Assembly: GCA_015680685.1 (NCBI GenBank)
Contig: MNCI01001360.1
Coordinates: forward strand, 406,716 to 470,715
Reading direction: 5' to 3'
Length of the DNA stretch: 64,000 bases
From: Gnetum montanum
Lineage: Eukaryota > Plantae > Gnetophyta
Positions 13,983-28,833 of the stretch are shown in pieces. Position 1 is the first letter of the stretch. Every line of letters starts with the position of its first letter. A program made the position numbers and the translations under genes. The notes under the pieces are model-generated. The model did not search any database, had not been told where the DNA came from, and worked only from the letters and a program-made list of their open reading frames with translations.

Positions 13983-15899
13983 ATCTTCCCCTTTTGGTGA
14001 TGTTCAAAGCTTAAGAAAATGAGTTAGTATACATAAAAATATCCAAAACTATACTCTTTCCCCTTTTTGAATAGCAACAAAAAGGATAAAGCACATAAGT
14101 CCATCAAAAAAGAACAAGATGCCAATAGTACAACCAAGAACACAATTCTTCCCCTTTGTAGAAAAAAAAAGGAAATGTGATAAAAATTCCAATTGTCCTT
14201 AATTGTAGCCATATAATAGTCACAAAATATATGCATTGAGCACAATCTCTACCTTCAAGTATATCATAAAGTAATTTTATCAACCTTTTATAATAGAAAT
14301 ATGAGTACTTCCTGCATCAATGAAGTCCAAATAAACAAAAGAGGTTTAAGTACTTAAGGGAAGATATATTCATAGCATGCTAAAATACCAAAGCAAATAA
14401 GTTAGGTGAAAAGATACAAATTTAAAAATTGAACTTGAATTCTATCTTTAATACATTAAGATCTATCCTTTAGAAAGAACAAGCCATAACACATTCAAAC
14501 ATGACTAAAAAAATCCTTTTAATTAATGTCTAAGAGAAAATAAACTTGAATGCCAAAGACCAAAGATTGAGCATATAGAATCAAGTAACCTATCAGCTTG
14601 AATAAATATCTCATTCAAAATTATATCTCAAGAGTCTATACACATATCTTATCACAATCTTCAAAGGGCTAAAAATGTTAAATGAGAAAGGAGCTCCCCC
14701 TTATCAAAACCAAAATTTTGAGGATAAAATAACCTATCTTTTTCAATGAATAAACTCATAAGGTAAGCTAATATGTCATGATTCTATTAGTACTCAACTC
14801 TTATGAAAGCATCATGAAGGTAATTATATGGCAAGAAGGAAAGGATACACCTATAAGCATAAAATAAATTCTTATGAAGAAGGAAAAATACCAAAATTAA
14901 GAAAAGAAAATGCCCAAACATAGCCAGATAGAATCTTAACATGATGTTCAAATGGTAACCAAAAGTTATCACAAGGTAAAATGTTTGTAAGATAACTTAA
15001 CCAAGATTTAATTCTTCTTTTACCTTGGATACTATACCATACCCTTGCATGATATGAAGCCTTACTCCTTATGATATATTGCTATGTGAGTGCTTCTTCG
15101 CAAAAGTCTCCAATGACTCCCCCTACATTAATGACCTTCAAGATAGATAATGAGGAACATGCTTCCCCTACACATGTGTAGCTCTTCTTGGTCTTTAAGA
15201 TCATTTTGTAATTGTTGTAAATCACCAAAGCACTACAACTATAAGCCAACATTAAGATCCAATGTGGAGACTAAGATCTCCAATTAGTAATATGGATAGA
15301 ATATTCAAATTTGTGTCTACTTAAAAATCATGACTTATCAAAAAAAATAGCTAAACTATCCCAAAGATCATGAGCTTATAACTAGATCATCACAAGATGT
15401 ACAGATTATGTAGGATTGAAAGCAAGACAAAAAAAAACTAAAAAATATTACAAGATAAAAGCCCAAAGGAAATCAATACAAGTGCTACATTACAAATGTT
15501 CATAAAACCAAATGCTTGAAGCTCAAAACGAGTGCAAGAGATGCTCTCAACAAGTATTCCAATAATTTTCTGATCTAGACACAAAACATCTTGGACTAAA
15601 TTAAATTAACTATCAGGTAAAGAGATGGAATCATACCTTGACTTACCTTGCTTTCAAGTGAGAAGAGAAGATTAATGGAATTTGAGATGAGGTCCCCTAT
15701 CATGAAGTACCTCCTCATCATTAGGTTCTCTTTCATTGGATCATGTATGTGATGTCTCTATTTGTTCATGTTATTTATGAAAGAACCCTTGATCATCATT
15801 TTCAATTCTCCACTTCTCTTCATTTTTAGCTAGTGGTGCTTGCAAAATTTTCTTACCAAAGCCTTTTTGATAAGACCAAGCATCAATCTTATTTTGATC

Positions 15900-17320
15900 A
15901 TCATGAGAATAGTTAATGATTTGCTTACTACCATAGTTTTTACACATAAATAAAGTATTTTACCCATGAAAAATGTTATCAAACTTGATTATGCTTGAGC
16001 TTGAATTTTCTTGTGTGACTCTCTCCAAATTCTTTGGCTATATTTTAGGAGACTTCTCTCTTTGACCTTTTCTACAATCCTTATTTAAAAAGGTTAGTTA
16101 TTGAATATCAGCTTTTATGTCTGAGATCTCTCCTTTCACTTCAATGTGAATAACATTTCGCTTAGAAATTACAAATTTCTTTGCCTTTCTAATAAAATAA
16201 TGTAAAAGAAAAATTTCTTCTTTAAGTTCATTATACCTTTTGTCACACTTACCACTTTGGTGAACCATATGTGAAGAATTTTTGTCTAAAGTGCCATGCA
16301 TATGAGATGTGAATCTTTGGAAGACTTGCATGCTTCTTCACTTTTCTCACCATCATCCCAACTTGTATAAAAGGTTATCTTTTTGATTACTCATCATTGG
16401 ATCTTTTCTTTGGCTGTACCTTGCTATCACTAGGATATTTGGAGGCCATATGGCTCTTCCTTCACAAACCCAACATTCTATAGAAGAGAAATCTAAGTTA
16501 TAAATCAAAATTTTTTTACCTCTTCCTCTACCTTTGAACAGATTGGGTCTTTGTTGAAATGTCCCTTTATTTCTTCATGTTAGAAATCATTGTAGCTTTC
16601 TTGAGAGAAAGGCAATCTCATCTTTACTTCCTTCATCATGGTCATTGAGCTCCTTCTCCTTGGACGTAGTCTTTGGAGAAAAAGCTCTTACTTGGATGGC
16701 TTCTTCACTTATGATATTCATTTCATAAGCAATAAGAGCACTTTGAACTTCTTCAAACTTCAAAGTTAAGAAATTTTTGATTTCCTCCATAGCTGTGACC
16801 TTCAGTTTGAACTTTGGTTATAGAGTTTTGATCATTTTTATGATGACATCACTTTCAGGCATTTCTTTTATGGTACCTCTAATAGCTACAACAATATCAT
16901 TTGCTCTAGAGAAGTAATATTCTATTTTCTAACCTCTCATTTTGAGTTTATCATATTTGTTTTGCAAAATCAACAATTTAGATTATTTGACAATAGAGGT
17001 TCCTTTAGAAATAGCTTCTAAAGTTTGCCAAATTTCTTTCTTCCTTTTACATCCTACTACTCTATTAAATTTAGATTTATTCAAAGTGTAATATAAAGAA
17101 TTCTTTACTTTTGAATCAAACATGAACTTATCTTTCTCCTCTTGAGTCCATTTGTTGTGAGGCTTGCTGATGTTGATGGAGCTGTTAATAGGTGGAGTGT
17201 AGCCTTCAAGGATTAACTACCAAACTTCAAATTCCATGGATTCGAAGAATCCTTGCATGCTACCTTTCTATTAGACAAAGTCAAACATGGATGGCTTTGT
17301 ATAAGATGTCCCCTCCATTA
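15900..17320 (-). pseudogene. Copia gag (UBN2-type) with degenerate zinc knuckle
   Basis: KVTAMEEIKNFLTLKFEEVQSALIAYEM matches the Copia/SIRE gag consensus KVTAIEE...L.GSL.TYE. An IECWVCEG knuckle remnant lies at ~16460. Confidence 0.8.
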
Positions 17321-17373
17321 TTCACACATTAGAATTAATGAAGAGCATAAGAGTACTAGGCTCCGATACCACT

Positions 17374-18501
17374 TGTGGATTGTTGAACTTAGAAGGGGGG
17401 GATGAATAAGTTTCCTAATTTAAAATCTTTGATATAAAGAACACATGCTAAATTTAATGTGATTCCCCAACTTGGGTAGTTTACACTTAGAGGGTAGATC
17501 AAAATTCCACCTCTAGACTTTGTTGCTCTGAAATGTGGTTTAAAAGGCACCACACCACGTACAAGCTCTAAGCTTCACTCTAGAGTGATCTGATGCTATT
17601 AATCCACTCAACCTCAAAAGGTCTTAAAAAGCTTAGAAAGTGATTTTCAGGATGCCACAACCTTTAGAATTTGATCTTTACTCTAGAGTATTGTGGTGCT
17701 ACCCCAACACTCAATCCTGTAGGATCCTAACAAGCTTAAACAAGATGCCTTCCCATAAGAAGCACATCAACCCCGTGAGATAACAAAAGGGAAAAATAAT
17801 TACAAGGAAAGAATGCAACTGATTTTTTTAATCCTTGCACTTTGAGGCACAACTCACTTTGACCAATTACAAATAGACAAATAATTTTACAATGAGGAAC
17901 AATAATGAACATAATGACTACATGATGATTACGCAATGATACTTTAGAAGCTTGTACATTTCCCAATGAGAATGATGTCTTCTTATAGATACTTTATTTC
18001 CAAATTTGTCTTAGAACTCATGCAATAGCTAACTAACAGTCATGAAAGATGTGTTCTTCATGATTAAGATGTCTTTCTACATCTAGCCTTCATTCTAAAA
18101 ATATGTCTTCTTTTGGTGAAAGACATCTTTATGTAATTGGCTTTCATTCTAAGAAGACATCTTTATCTAAGAAAATGTCTTTCTATCCAAAAATATTTTT
18201 GCTATTTTGTAGAGAAATCTTCTCATGTGCTACCTTCAATTCTTCTAAGACATCTACTATTTTTTTGGAGACATCTGTCTCTACACTTGAATTCTATGTT
18301 CCTTGTCCATGTTCTTGAGCTTCCTCATGTCTTCCTTGTCTGACTCCAAGGTCTTGATGATGTCAAATTTTCTTGTAAGTCCTTGAGGTGTATGAAGTCC
18401 TTGTCCATACTCTTGCCCTATAAACACAATTAGCCACACAAACATACAAGCATTCTTGTATTCCATTTTACTTAATGTTTTGACACACCAAAAGGTCAAT
18501 A
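17374..18501 (-). repeat. 5' LTR of the SIRE-like element
   Basis: Adjacent to the PBS; direct repeat of 12860-13982; terminal CA has mutated to TA. Confidence 0.9.
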
Positions 18502-19562
18502 CATCTAATGCAAGTTTCTCTATAGGTACAAACCAAAAATTTGACATTAATGAAATTACAACTAATGACAAGTGAGCCTACATGACCTTTCTTTATCTCT
18601 CTCTTTCAACATACTAAACAAACTATAAATCTTTGTAACAATAATGAACTATGGTCACCTAGTTTGATGATTATCTCATGTGTCCTTATGAATTATCATG
18701 TAACAACATGCTTTCTTTATCTTGTTTTATTGTCCTATTGGAGTTGTGCTTGTAGGATAAACCTTGAAGTCATAGCAAAGGTGCAACTTGTCATGACAAC
18801 AACTTACCACGTGACCTTGATGCATGAGACTTGGGTAGCTTATTCTACCTTACCAAGATTACTTGCTTCACATCATATTTTTTACCCTTGTTAAGTCCAA
18901 CTCTGTAGCCTAATTGTAAACCCTCCTTATCTTGAACAACAATGATGACTTATGTTTGACACTCATGTATTATGGCCATTAGACATTTCATTTGTCATGC
19001 TCCATTATCAAGTTCATTAAATGTAACACATCTCATTCAACAAGAAAACCAAATTTAATTTGGACTTGATAATGAAACCCAATGAAGGTTTCACCTTGTA
19101 AAAAAAAAGGGAAGCAAATTACTAAGAAATCGAAAGATTGATGAAGACCAAAAGATGGATTAATGGCTCAAAACATATAAAGGGAGGAGCCTAATGGATA
19201 AACAAACTTTGGAGTAGGATATTAGTTTCTCAAGAATATTATTGAGTCATCTTTATCTTGAAAACATGAAGCATGAAGACCTCATTGATCATTCAACATG
19301 TCATTACCATAAATATAACAATGGTGTCAACATGTGGAACTCATCGTTAGTCTTATGAACACTTATTTATAGAAAAATATATTATTTATCATTTATTATT
19401 TCATCATAACCTCATGTCATCATTACAAGCACTCTTTGACATGGTTTGACACTGCTAAATCAAATGTAGAGAGAGAATGTTAGCGATGGACCTACAACTG
19501 TATTTTGTGTTCTTTGTCGATGTCTCTCAAGTCAATCCTATAAACATCAATAGAGGGACCAA

Positions 19563-20513
19563 TGAAACACCACCAAGAAATTTCATGTTGCAATTTATAA
19601 GCCTTCATCATAAAACCTAAGGCTCAAATTTTAATGTAAAATGTAATAATTGTAATCCATGAGATGAAATTTCATATAATTTGACTTTTGGGGTTGAAAA
19701 ATGCTTCATAAGTTGTTATAGCCTTACTTATCAAGTGGAAAAAGTCATACCATGTCTATATTTGGGCTTGGAAAGGTCAAAAATTTGTTTTGAACTATCA
19801 ACATTGGCATTTTCATTGGGCTTTTTAAAGGAAATACATTGAAAGGGTTCCATCACTTTTTAATTTTTGGGCTTTTAAATTCGAAGAAAACATAAAGCTT
19901 TTGGAAATTCTTGAGCATGGAACTTTTAGCCATTCTAAGCACTTGTAACCTTGAGGCTTGTGTGAGGTTTCTAGAGTAATGCTCTACCACTTGGGCACAA
20001 AGACTCCTAGCGTGGTACCTCTTGTTGCATGAAAAATCATTCACAGACCTTACCCTCATGTGATTAACACTGCATATTTGTGCAAGGAACTAACACGGTA
20101 TTTCAGTTTTGAAGGTTGGGAAGTACTTGGAATATGGAGCTAACTATGGTGTGCAAACTACTAGCTTTAATAGGCTTTGAACTCCATCAAAGAAAACCCC
20201 TTATACTTTTAGGCATCATTTTTACATATCCCTAACTCTCTTTATGTTTAATATTTTCATTGTAATAAAGTTCATATTCTATTTTTTGTGCAAACTATCA
20301 TAGTTTTTATTCTATGCATTCATTTTAAATCAGATCTACACCATTTTATCATTTGTTTACCCCATTTACACTTCTTAAATCCCTGGGTGATTAACAAGAT
20401 TGTTAAGTGTGCCTTGGATCCTCTTTCTCAAAGGCCCTTGGGATCCAAGGCCAAAACTATTTAACACTTGGGATTTTTGATTTTTCAAGGACTAAATTTT
20501 TTCAAGTGCAATA
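19563..20513 (+). repeat. 3' LTR of the pol-bearing Tat element
   Basis: Starts TGAAACACC after a purine tract (AATAGAGGGACC). Both ends are homologous to the LTRs of the 41082-49289 element. Confidence 0.8.
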
Positions 20514-20739
20514 GACTTTGCGCATTCCTATGACTTCCTCAAAATACTTGCAATCTTGGTTAAGAATTTGTCACATCAGATTAATAACTTAGCTTTCATC
20601 TTGGTCTCAACCTGCCCTTTATCTCAATCTCATCATGTTCTTTTTAGGCTTTTATCTTTTCTAGGTCCTACAAGATTTCACAAAAAAAAATATCTACTTT
20701 CTCTATTTTCCAAGGTTTTGACACACTAAAAGGTCAATA
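20514..20739 (-). repeat. Fragment of another SIRE-like LTR
   Basis: Ends GTTTTGACACACTAAAAGGTCAATA, matching the LTR termini at 13982 and 18501. Confidence 0.6.
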
Positions 20740-21429
20740 GTTCTTATCACCGTCATTATGATTTCAAAGTCTATTAACTTCCTCTCTATATTGTTGTTGC
20801 TAATTAGTTGTTAATTTGACATTATATATTCTTTTGATTTATCTTGTAGTCTTGCATATAGATTTGATACTAAAAATGATATAATAGTGTCATGATTCAA
20901 GCAATATTTCACTAAGAACCATATTAGAAATTATGTCCAAACTATTATGAGTGTAAATAAGTAGGTTAATGATTGATTTTCCTTAAAAATCTTTAAAAGT
21001 GTATCATATAGAATATGGGTATTTGAAAATACATTGACAACTAAAAGATCAAAATATTTATCCAAGAGATTTATTTTTGACCAAATTTATTTGTACAAAT
21101 ATTAGGAGAAATATGTGTGTATTCCTCATATACCAAACAATTGAAATATATTCTATCCTAGTTCAAAACTAGAACTTATTTAGAGGCAATGCTAGCATTA
21201 AGATATCAACAAATAATTACTTTTACAATATGAGTAAGTTTAGTAATATCATTCCCTAAATATTGAAATGGGTATTCTTTGAAAAGTTCCAAGCTATCAT
21301 AAATAGAAGAATTTTTGGAACAAAGTAACAAAAAGAAAGAAATATGATGGCTACTAATGATGTAATTTTTAATCATATATATTGCATATGATCATTAATT
21401 TTATAGCAATCTACATAATGCATAAATTC

Positions 21430-22300
21430 ATCTATAACCAAATATGCAATACTCGAAAAGACTCTTGTTTGCTTGCTTGTCTTCTTATTTTTGAATAGTA
21501 TTGACCATAAAATAGAAAATTATGTAGAATCTTTTGTCTCCTAAGTTTCAACTAATCCAAAAATATCAAAAGTAGCAAAAACATTTATACTACATAGAGC
21601 TACTACTTTATTGGAAACTGATTCTTCAATATTTAAATAACAATAGCATAAAGCTTCTAAGCATTTTTTTAAAAAAAATTAATATACCTTATATTAGTAA
21701 TAATTGAAATATCTTCTACATTTAAATATGCTACCATTCTAGCCTCTCAAGTTACTTTAACTTTCTACCATTCGTTAGCATGCTTTGCCAATTCATATTT
21801 ATTCAAGTCTTTATTTACCCAGATTTTATAAACACACATATGCTAATAATGGTTCCAAATTAGTTTTTTAGCTTATAAAACTACCAAATCTTACCTAAAT
21901 ACTATAGGAGTTATCATCCTTGTTGCCTACTTGTAAGGCCTTTTTGATCAACTATTTAGAGATGAACATTTTTTTGTCACTATTTCTTTTATTGTTTCCA
22001 TTATATTTTCACCTTCAATTTCATCTACTCCAACAAATATAAGGTTAAAGACCCTATATTACTCTTCCTCTCATTCTTTCAATGCCTCAAAAATATTTTT
22101 CCCCATGTTAGTATGCTCCAAATTACTTTGTGCCTCTTCATCTACAACACCCGCTTTACCATACTTACCTTTAGTAATATTTAGTTGACACAAGCTCTAC
22201 TCATTTTGGATAGTAACCTTAGTCATTTCTACCTTGGCTTTAGATAATTTGCACAAAATCTCTATATTTAGTGCTTCTAACTTTTTATTTTTATTTTCTA
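21430..22300 (-). mobile_element. Highly decayed RTE-like LINE fragment (endonuclease-RT linker)
   Basis: Minus-strand remnant KYELAKH...EARMVAY resembles the RTE linker KYKxAKKxAKRAVSEARxxAY. The signal is weak. Confidence 0.4.
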
Positions 22301-23530
22301 ACTACACAACATAGGTGATCATTTCCTATACTAATGCAATTTTGGATAATGGTAGATCCAAGTAAGCCTTGGGTATCTCTATTGTTGGCATGCTTGAGGT
22401 AGACTTGCATTGAGATGCCATAATGTAATTCTGATAGCACACAAGAATCCAGATCTCACGTAGGAAGTCGAATCTCATGATGATCCATAGTGTATGCTCT
22501 TCATGACTATATAATATGTTTTTCAATGAAGGTTAAGGTTGTGGATCTCTCCTCTTCAGGTATAAATCTAGCTAGATCTTTTCTCTGCTCTTTGCAAGGG
22601 CTTATGATGAAATCTACTATACCAAAATCTTAGATTAGGTCCTTTTCTATAACTCCCAAGGATTGCTACTAATAATTAATTTTCCTCAATTTTTTTTGAA
22701 AGTTTCAATTGTAAGGCTATATAGTAATGAGGAGTTGCCATGGATTCTGCAATCCAAGCTTCCTCAAGGTCATAGAATAGAAAATTTGAATAAGAACAGA
22801 AAAATGATAGCTTTATTCTTACTTAAATGGAGAATTTACATATGAAAGGAAGTACAATTCCCAAGGACAAATAAGAGATTCAGTCCAACTCTCACATAAT
22901 TAAAGAAATCACACACATACAAGGATGATTATCAAGGCACCTTGCTAAGACTATCTCTCTCTACTCTTCTCTCAACTTCCTAGACTCTCTTCAAACTCTC
23001 TTTATCAAATTGAATGTCCAATAGGTCTATGTATATCTTTTCCCCCATTTCTTTTCATATTCCCTCTAATTAATCATTCAATTTAATGCTCATTAAAATC
23101 TATGGAAGACATCTTCAAGAAATAGGAGATGTCTTTTCAAAGTGCAAAGGTCTCAAAGTAGATGTCTTTAAATCATGTGCAATGTCTCAACATAGATGTC
23201 TACAATGTAGATGAGACATCTCCATTGCAAATGAGATGTCTACTTTATAAAGCCAAAATACAAAGATGTTTTTTTTTTTTTTTTGAGGCCTAGAGCCTCT
23301 GGACACCTCTAAAAAAATCCCCATAGCCCTTAGAACATCCTAAAGTCATCAAAATAGGTCCAAGACACTTCCAAACATGTCAAAATACCTTGAGATCATC
23401 ATCAACAAAACAACACTAAAAGACAAACACAACAACACACAAACATTTATGCACAAACATATTGAGATTCAGACATGGGCTAGGTGATGTCCTCATCATC
23501 TCTCCCATCCTTAAGAATTTAAACTTGCCC

Positions 23531-26500
23531 TTAAGTTGGTTGTGCACTTGGGATAGCATTAAGCCCTGACAAATCCAAATCTTTTGCAAGAATCCAAATG
23601 GTATTTTTAGACCCTTCATCATTCCAATGCACCAAGTATTCATGCACTTTTCTACCTCTTTTGCTCCTAGCCTCCCTTACTTGTAGCACAATTACTTTCC
23701 TTGGTGGCTTGGCTAAGTTTGAGTCTTTAAGGGCATCCTTCAAGATCTCAATACTTTCCCTTAAGTCTAATGCAATCACATTCTTATTGTATGTGCTCAA
23801 ACCTAAAACAATAAAAACATAGGAAATAGGAAAATCATTAGGTAAGTCAATCTCATAAGCATTTAGATTGATTTTGGCCCTAATATGAAATTAATCAATT
23901 CTCTTTTACTTGATCTTGTAGAAATGCACATTCTTTTGTCCTTCTTTACTTAAGTAAATCTAAACATAATCACCAATCTAGAAATTACTTGTCGTCCTGC
24001 CCTCATTGGCCTTGGAAGATACAATCTTTGTCTTTTTCTCCAAGTGATATTTAACTTGCTAATGGAATTCTCTCATTTACTCAACAAAGTCTAAACTCAA
24101 AGAGGCACAATCTTTAAATTTCCTTAACTCATCAACCATTCTTGGTGAAAATCCATAATTTTCCATAAAGGGACTCTTACCAATGCTAGAATGGGAAGCA
24201 TTATTATATGAGAATTCAGCATGGACCAACATGTTTTCCCACCTTTGAGGTTGATCCTCACACAAAAATCTAAAGATATTTAATAAAAACCTATTCACAA
24301 CTTCAATTTTCCCATTAGTATAAGGGTGACAATCTATGAAAAAAGACAACTTGGTTCCAAGTAATTTCCAAAGTTATCTTCAAAAATGACTAGTAAACTT
24401 GACATCCCTATCACTCACAATGTTTGAAGAAATGTCATGTAGCCTCACAACATGCTAAAAGAATAAATGTTCAACATGAGAAGCATCACTACTTTCCTTG
24501 CATGGAATAAAATGAGCCATCTTGGTAAATCTATCTACTACAACAAGTATATAATCATGACTAGATTTTGTCTTAGTAATGCCACAAACAAAGTACAAAG
24601 AAACACTTTCCCAAGGAGCATTTTGAATTGGAAATGGTAGATAATAACCATCTACATCATTTTCTCCTTTAAAATTTTGACAAATATAGCATTATTTTAC
24701 AAATTTAACCACATCACTATACAAACTTGACCAAAAGTAATTTTTGCTCATCAATTCCAATGTCTTGGTCTTGCCCATATGAGTAGCCATGTCATTTTTA
24801 TGTTTCTATTCAAGGAGTTTGTACCTAAAATCACACTTTGGAACACAAATTTTTCCATCCTTAAACAAAAATCCCATTCTTCACATGATAAGCTTTTCAT
24901 TGATTAGTCCTTCCTAATAATGGGGAAGATAACTCTTTCCAAATTGCATCAAAATCCTTATCATTAGGATATAATGAAGCAAATACTCAAATCCTTGAAC
25001 TTTCACATTAGAAGAAACAACATGAACCCTAGACAAAGCCTCAACCACACCATTAGACTTCCCACTCCTATGTTTCAAAACAAAATGAAATTCTTTTAAT
25101 TACTCTATCCATTTCATGTATTTGGTACTTAATTTCTTTTAAGAATTCAAAAATTTAATTGCTCTATGATTAGTAAATAAAATAAACTCTGATCCTAGCA
25201 ATTAATTTCTTCCATGTTTAATGGCTTGAAGTATAGCATATAACTCCTTTTCATACACACTATACTATTTTCTAGATTCATTTAATATTTCAAGAAAGAG
25301 TGCAATTGGTTTACCTTCTTGAGAAGGCACACCTCCAATAGCAAGCCCACTTGCATCTACTTCCACTTCAAACAGTTTTGAGAAGTTTGGAATTGTGAAA
25401 AAGTGAGCACTAAAAATTTTCTCTTTCAATGCTTGAAAGGATTTTTCTTTCTCATTATCCCACACAAATACTAATTTTTTCTTCAAACAAGAAACCATAG
25501 GTCATGCAATGGAACTAAAATTCTTAATAAATGTCCTATAGAAGCTAGCCAAACCAAGAAAAGATCTCACCGCTTCCACATCCTTAGGTGAAGGCCATTT
25601 CTTAATTGCCTTTATCTTACTTGGTTCCATCTTAACTTGGTTCTTGGAGACAACATGACCTAGGTAGAAAATTTCTTTCTTCATGAAGTGCCATTTCTTG
25701 GCATTAATCACCAACTTTTCCTCTTGTAACTTGGAGCATATCATCCTCAAATGATGTACATGGTCCTCTTCCTTAGAACTGTAAACAATAATATCATCAA
25801 ACAAAAGAATCCAATGTTTACCAACAAAATCCTTTAGGACTTCATGCATGAGTCTCGTAAATGCAATTGGAGCATTTGTTAGCCCAAAAGGCATGACTAA
25901 CCACTCATACAAGCCATCAAGTATCTTAAAGGTTATTTTCCATTCACCTCCTACTCTAATCCTTATTTGATGATAACAAATTTTTAAAATCAATTTTAGA
26001 AAAAATCTCAGCATTGGCAAGCATATCAAGAATGTCATCTATCCTAGGAATAGGAAATCTATACTTGATAGTAATCCTATTAATAGCCCTAGAATCTATG
26101 CACATCATTAATTCATCAATTTTCTTCTTAGGAACTAACATAGCTAGAATGGCATAAGTAGAGATGGATTTTTTAATAAGATCATTAGATAGTAATTCAC
26201 TTACTTGCTCAATTCTTCCTTCTAATTTGGATTCATGCAGTAGGCTCTTTCATTTGGAATTGTAGCTCCAGGTATGAAATCTATTTGATGTTGGATAGAT
26301 CTCATTGGTGAAAGTCCTTCCAATTTTCCCTTGAAAACATCAGCAAATTCCAATGTCAAAGTTGCACAACTAGAGGAATTTCATTTGTATGCTCCTCTTC
26401 ACTTGTTGCAAGTGTTGACATAATGACAAAACCATGCTCAACCTCTTCATGTGCTTGTAGGTACTCTTGCTCACTAAGTAAGATCAATGAAGCATTAATA

Positions 26501-27970
26501 GGAAAATTTTCCTTACATCGCTACCAAGTCATAGGAATAAGTTCATGCATTCCATCTTCTTTTGGAATAGACCAAACATTCTTGCACCACTAAAAGAAGC
26601 CTTGTTGTCAAAGTTCCAAGGTCTTCCCAAAATAACATTAGCACAATCAATAGGGAGGATGTCACAATGTGCCTTGTTTTTAAAAGAACCAATTCTAAAA
26701 GACAACATACACCTCTCCTTAACTTTTTGGAAATGATCATTATATAGCCAATGGACTCTAAAGGGCCTAGGATGTGAAAATATCTTCAAACCTAACTTAG
26801 AAACAACCTTTGAAGAAATCACATTTTCTTGAGCTCCACCATCAATTAAAATGTGTATCCATTCATCACTTTCTAGATACCTAGCTCTAATCCTAAAGAA
26901 CATATTTCTTCTAGGATCTTCATTAGCATTAACATTTTTCATAAAAGTTCAAGAATTAATTTTACTGGTAGCTTCAATCATTGATGCATGAGAATTACCT
27001 TCATTGGAGGAGTCTTTTTTTTCCAAGGTCTGAAGTTTCTTGCCTTTGGAGATCGTTGGCTTTTTGCACTTCCATTGTTTATGTCTCGTTTCATGACAAT
27101 TAAAGCATTGAAGTTTGGATGCATAGGCATTTCCTTGATTCTTTCCATTCTTGGAGTAGTCTTTCTTCAAATCTTGACCCTTCTTGAACTTCTCCTACTT
27201 CTCCTTTGTGTCTTTCTTAGCATTTTCCTTCTCTGTAGCTCCTTTCTCACCTTTAGAAGCTTTAGATTCCTTGCCTTTAGAAATTTTGGGACCTCTATTA
27301 TATACTTGGAGTTTCTTCTCATCCTTAAGATCCAATTCAAAAGTCTCATCTAATGTTTAGGGCTCATAGAAGATTAGTTCTTATTGATACTCCCTTTTAA
27401 GTCCTCCTTGAATGTTAGATGTTTGTTCATAATCATCCCAATGAGCTTTTGCAAGCTGGAAAGACTTACAAAAATCCATGTAATAGTCCTTCACACTCTT
27501 ATCACCTTGCCTGAGGTACTTCACTTTTTGGTTGGCTTCTTATCTATGATGAGTCTTCTTAAATTTTTTCTTGAGCATGAATTTCATTAAAGACCAATCC
27601 TTGATAGTTATACCATTGGTCACCTTATAAGAATGACTTTTCAATTTGGTTCCAACAAAAGACACCTTTTGATGGTTTTTCACATCTTCTAGTTCAAAGT
27701 ACTTATTAATCATATTCAACAAAGAGAGAAAAGCTTCAGTTCCTTCCATGTCATTGAAGGATTTGACTTCAACATGAGGCATCCTTGAAGCATGTCTAAA
27801 AACATTTACAAGAGTAACTTTAATTCCTTTACCTTGCTTCCTTTGAGGCTTAGAAGGAAGTTCCATTTTCCCTTTCCTAGAAAAATTGAAGCCTTGAGAC
27901 TTATTTTGAGCACTAGGAGCATGAAGGAAAAACATTATCTTAAGCTTATCCATCTCCAAAGTATTTATCT
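23531..27970 (-). pseudogene. CRM-like gag-pol: gag, knuckle, protease, RT, RNase H, integrase, chromodomain
   Basis: Knuckle CFNCHETRHKQWKC. Protease ILIDGGAQENVIS...[23 protein letters not shown]...FDDIIVYS. RNase H FEVEVDASGLAIGG. Integrase HPYTNGKIEVVNR. Chromodomain EYLVHW...NTIWI. Confidence 0.92.
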
Positions 27971-27971
27971 T

Positions 27972-28833
27972 TGATGAGTAGTGAGCAGTCCCTATGCCCA
28001 ACCATATGAATCACCAATGTTCACTAAGAAATTCGACGAATTCCATAGACTTTAGCTCTCTAAGTATACATTATCCAGGATAGTGAGTCTAAGGACATGA
28101 TTATTGTCTTCCCAATTCCACTTGTGAGGTTCAATGGTATGGTTAAGTATAATTAAGGCACATGATTTGTATAACTTTTATATTTTTATGTATTTTGCCT
28201 AAGTGAAAAAATAAAGTAATTAAATGGTAATCAATCTAGTAACTAATTAATGCCTTAAACTAACCCTAACATAGGCATATGTTCCCATATATTGTACACA
28301 TCTTGAACATGTTGCAATGCTACTGGGTTATCAAGTGTAAACACTACTAGGATTACCAAGCGCTAAGGATGCTCAGGGTGGTTGTACTTATGTGCATTAA
28401 TTATCTGAATTCAGTTAATTAATTAATAACATGAAATTAAATTACATAAATAATAAATGCTTTAAATAAGTAGTATGCTAAGTCCAAGTGTTGTAAGGTT
28501 TATTAAGAAAGCTCATCTTTATTGTTGTTCACACCGAAGTGTCTAGGTACATTAGTGCTCAAATGAGGATCTGTACACTTTGCAACTACTACTACAAGCA
28601 CGTAGAAAATATTTTAACTCTAGAAGAAATAAAATACAAGAGTTTGGATATGGATATGCTACTTAACAACAAATATCATAAATTTGGTAGGCACATGCAT
28701 TTATATAGGCAAGACTAGACACTTCGTCAATGTGTATGCATTGATGCATCAAATTATGCATCGATAAGTATACGTCGATGTAGCAACATCGATGGGCATG
28801 CGTTGACGTAGCTAAATACATGATGACTCATCA
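27972..28833 (-). repeat. Athila-like LTR
   Basis: Homologous to solo LTR 39935-40882 (shared CCCTATGCCCAACCATATGAA and AACACTAC-AGGATTACCAA); TG..CA ends. Confidence 0.8.

Larger units (their letters stand above)
12860..18501 (-). mobile_element. Non-autonomous SIRE-like Ty1/Copia LTR retrotransposon (gag only)
   Basis: LTRs at 12860-13982 and 17374-18501. TSD CATCT at 12855-12859 and 18502-18506. tRNA-iMet PBS (+ strand GCTCCGATACCA, 17360-17371). PPT next to 13983, with several upstream PPT-like copies (~14055, 14148, 14693, 15116, 15162). No pol found. Confidence 0.9.

Noticed and set aside
20740-21430. Possible DNA-transposon remnant
   Set aside because: No convincing transposase motif or terminal repeats are visible.
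27990-28005. TGGTTGGGCATAGGG (minus strand) as a PBS
   Set aside because: It lies inside the LTR once the termini and the CCATT TSD of the solo copy are defined.
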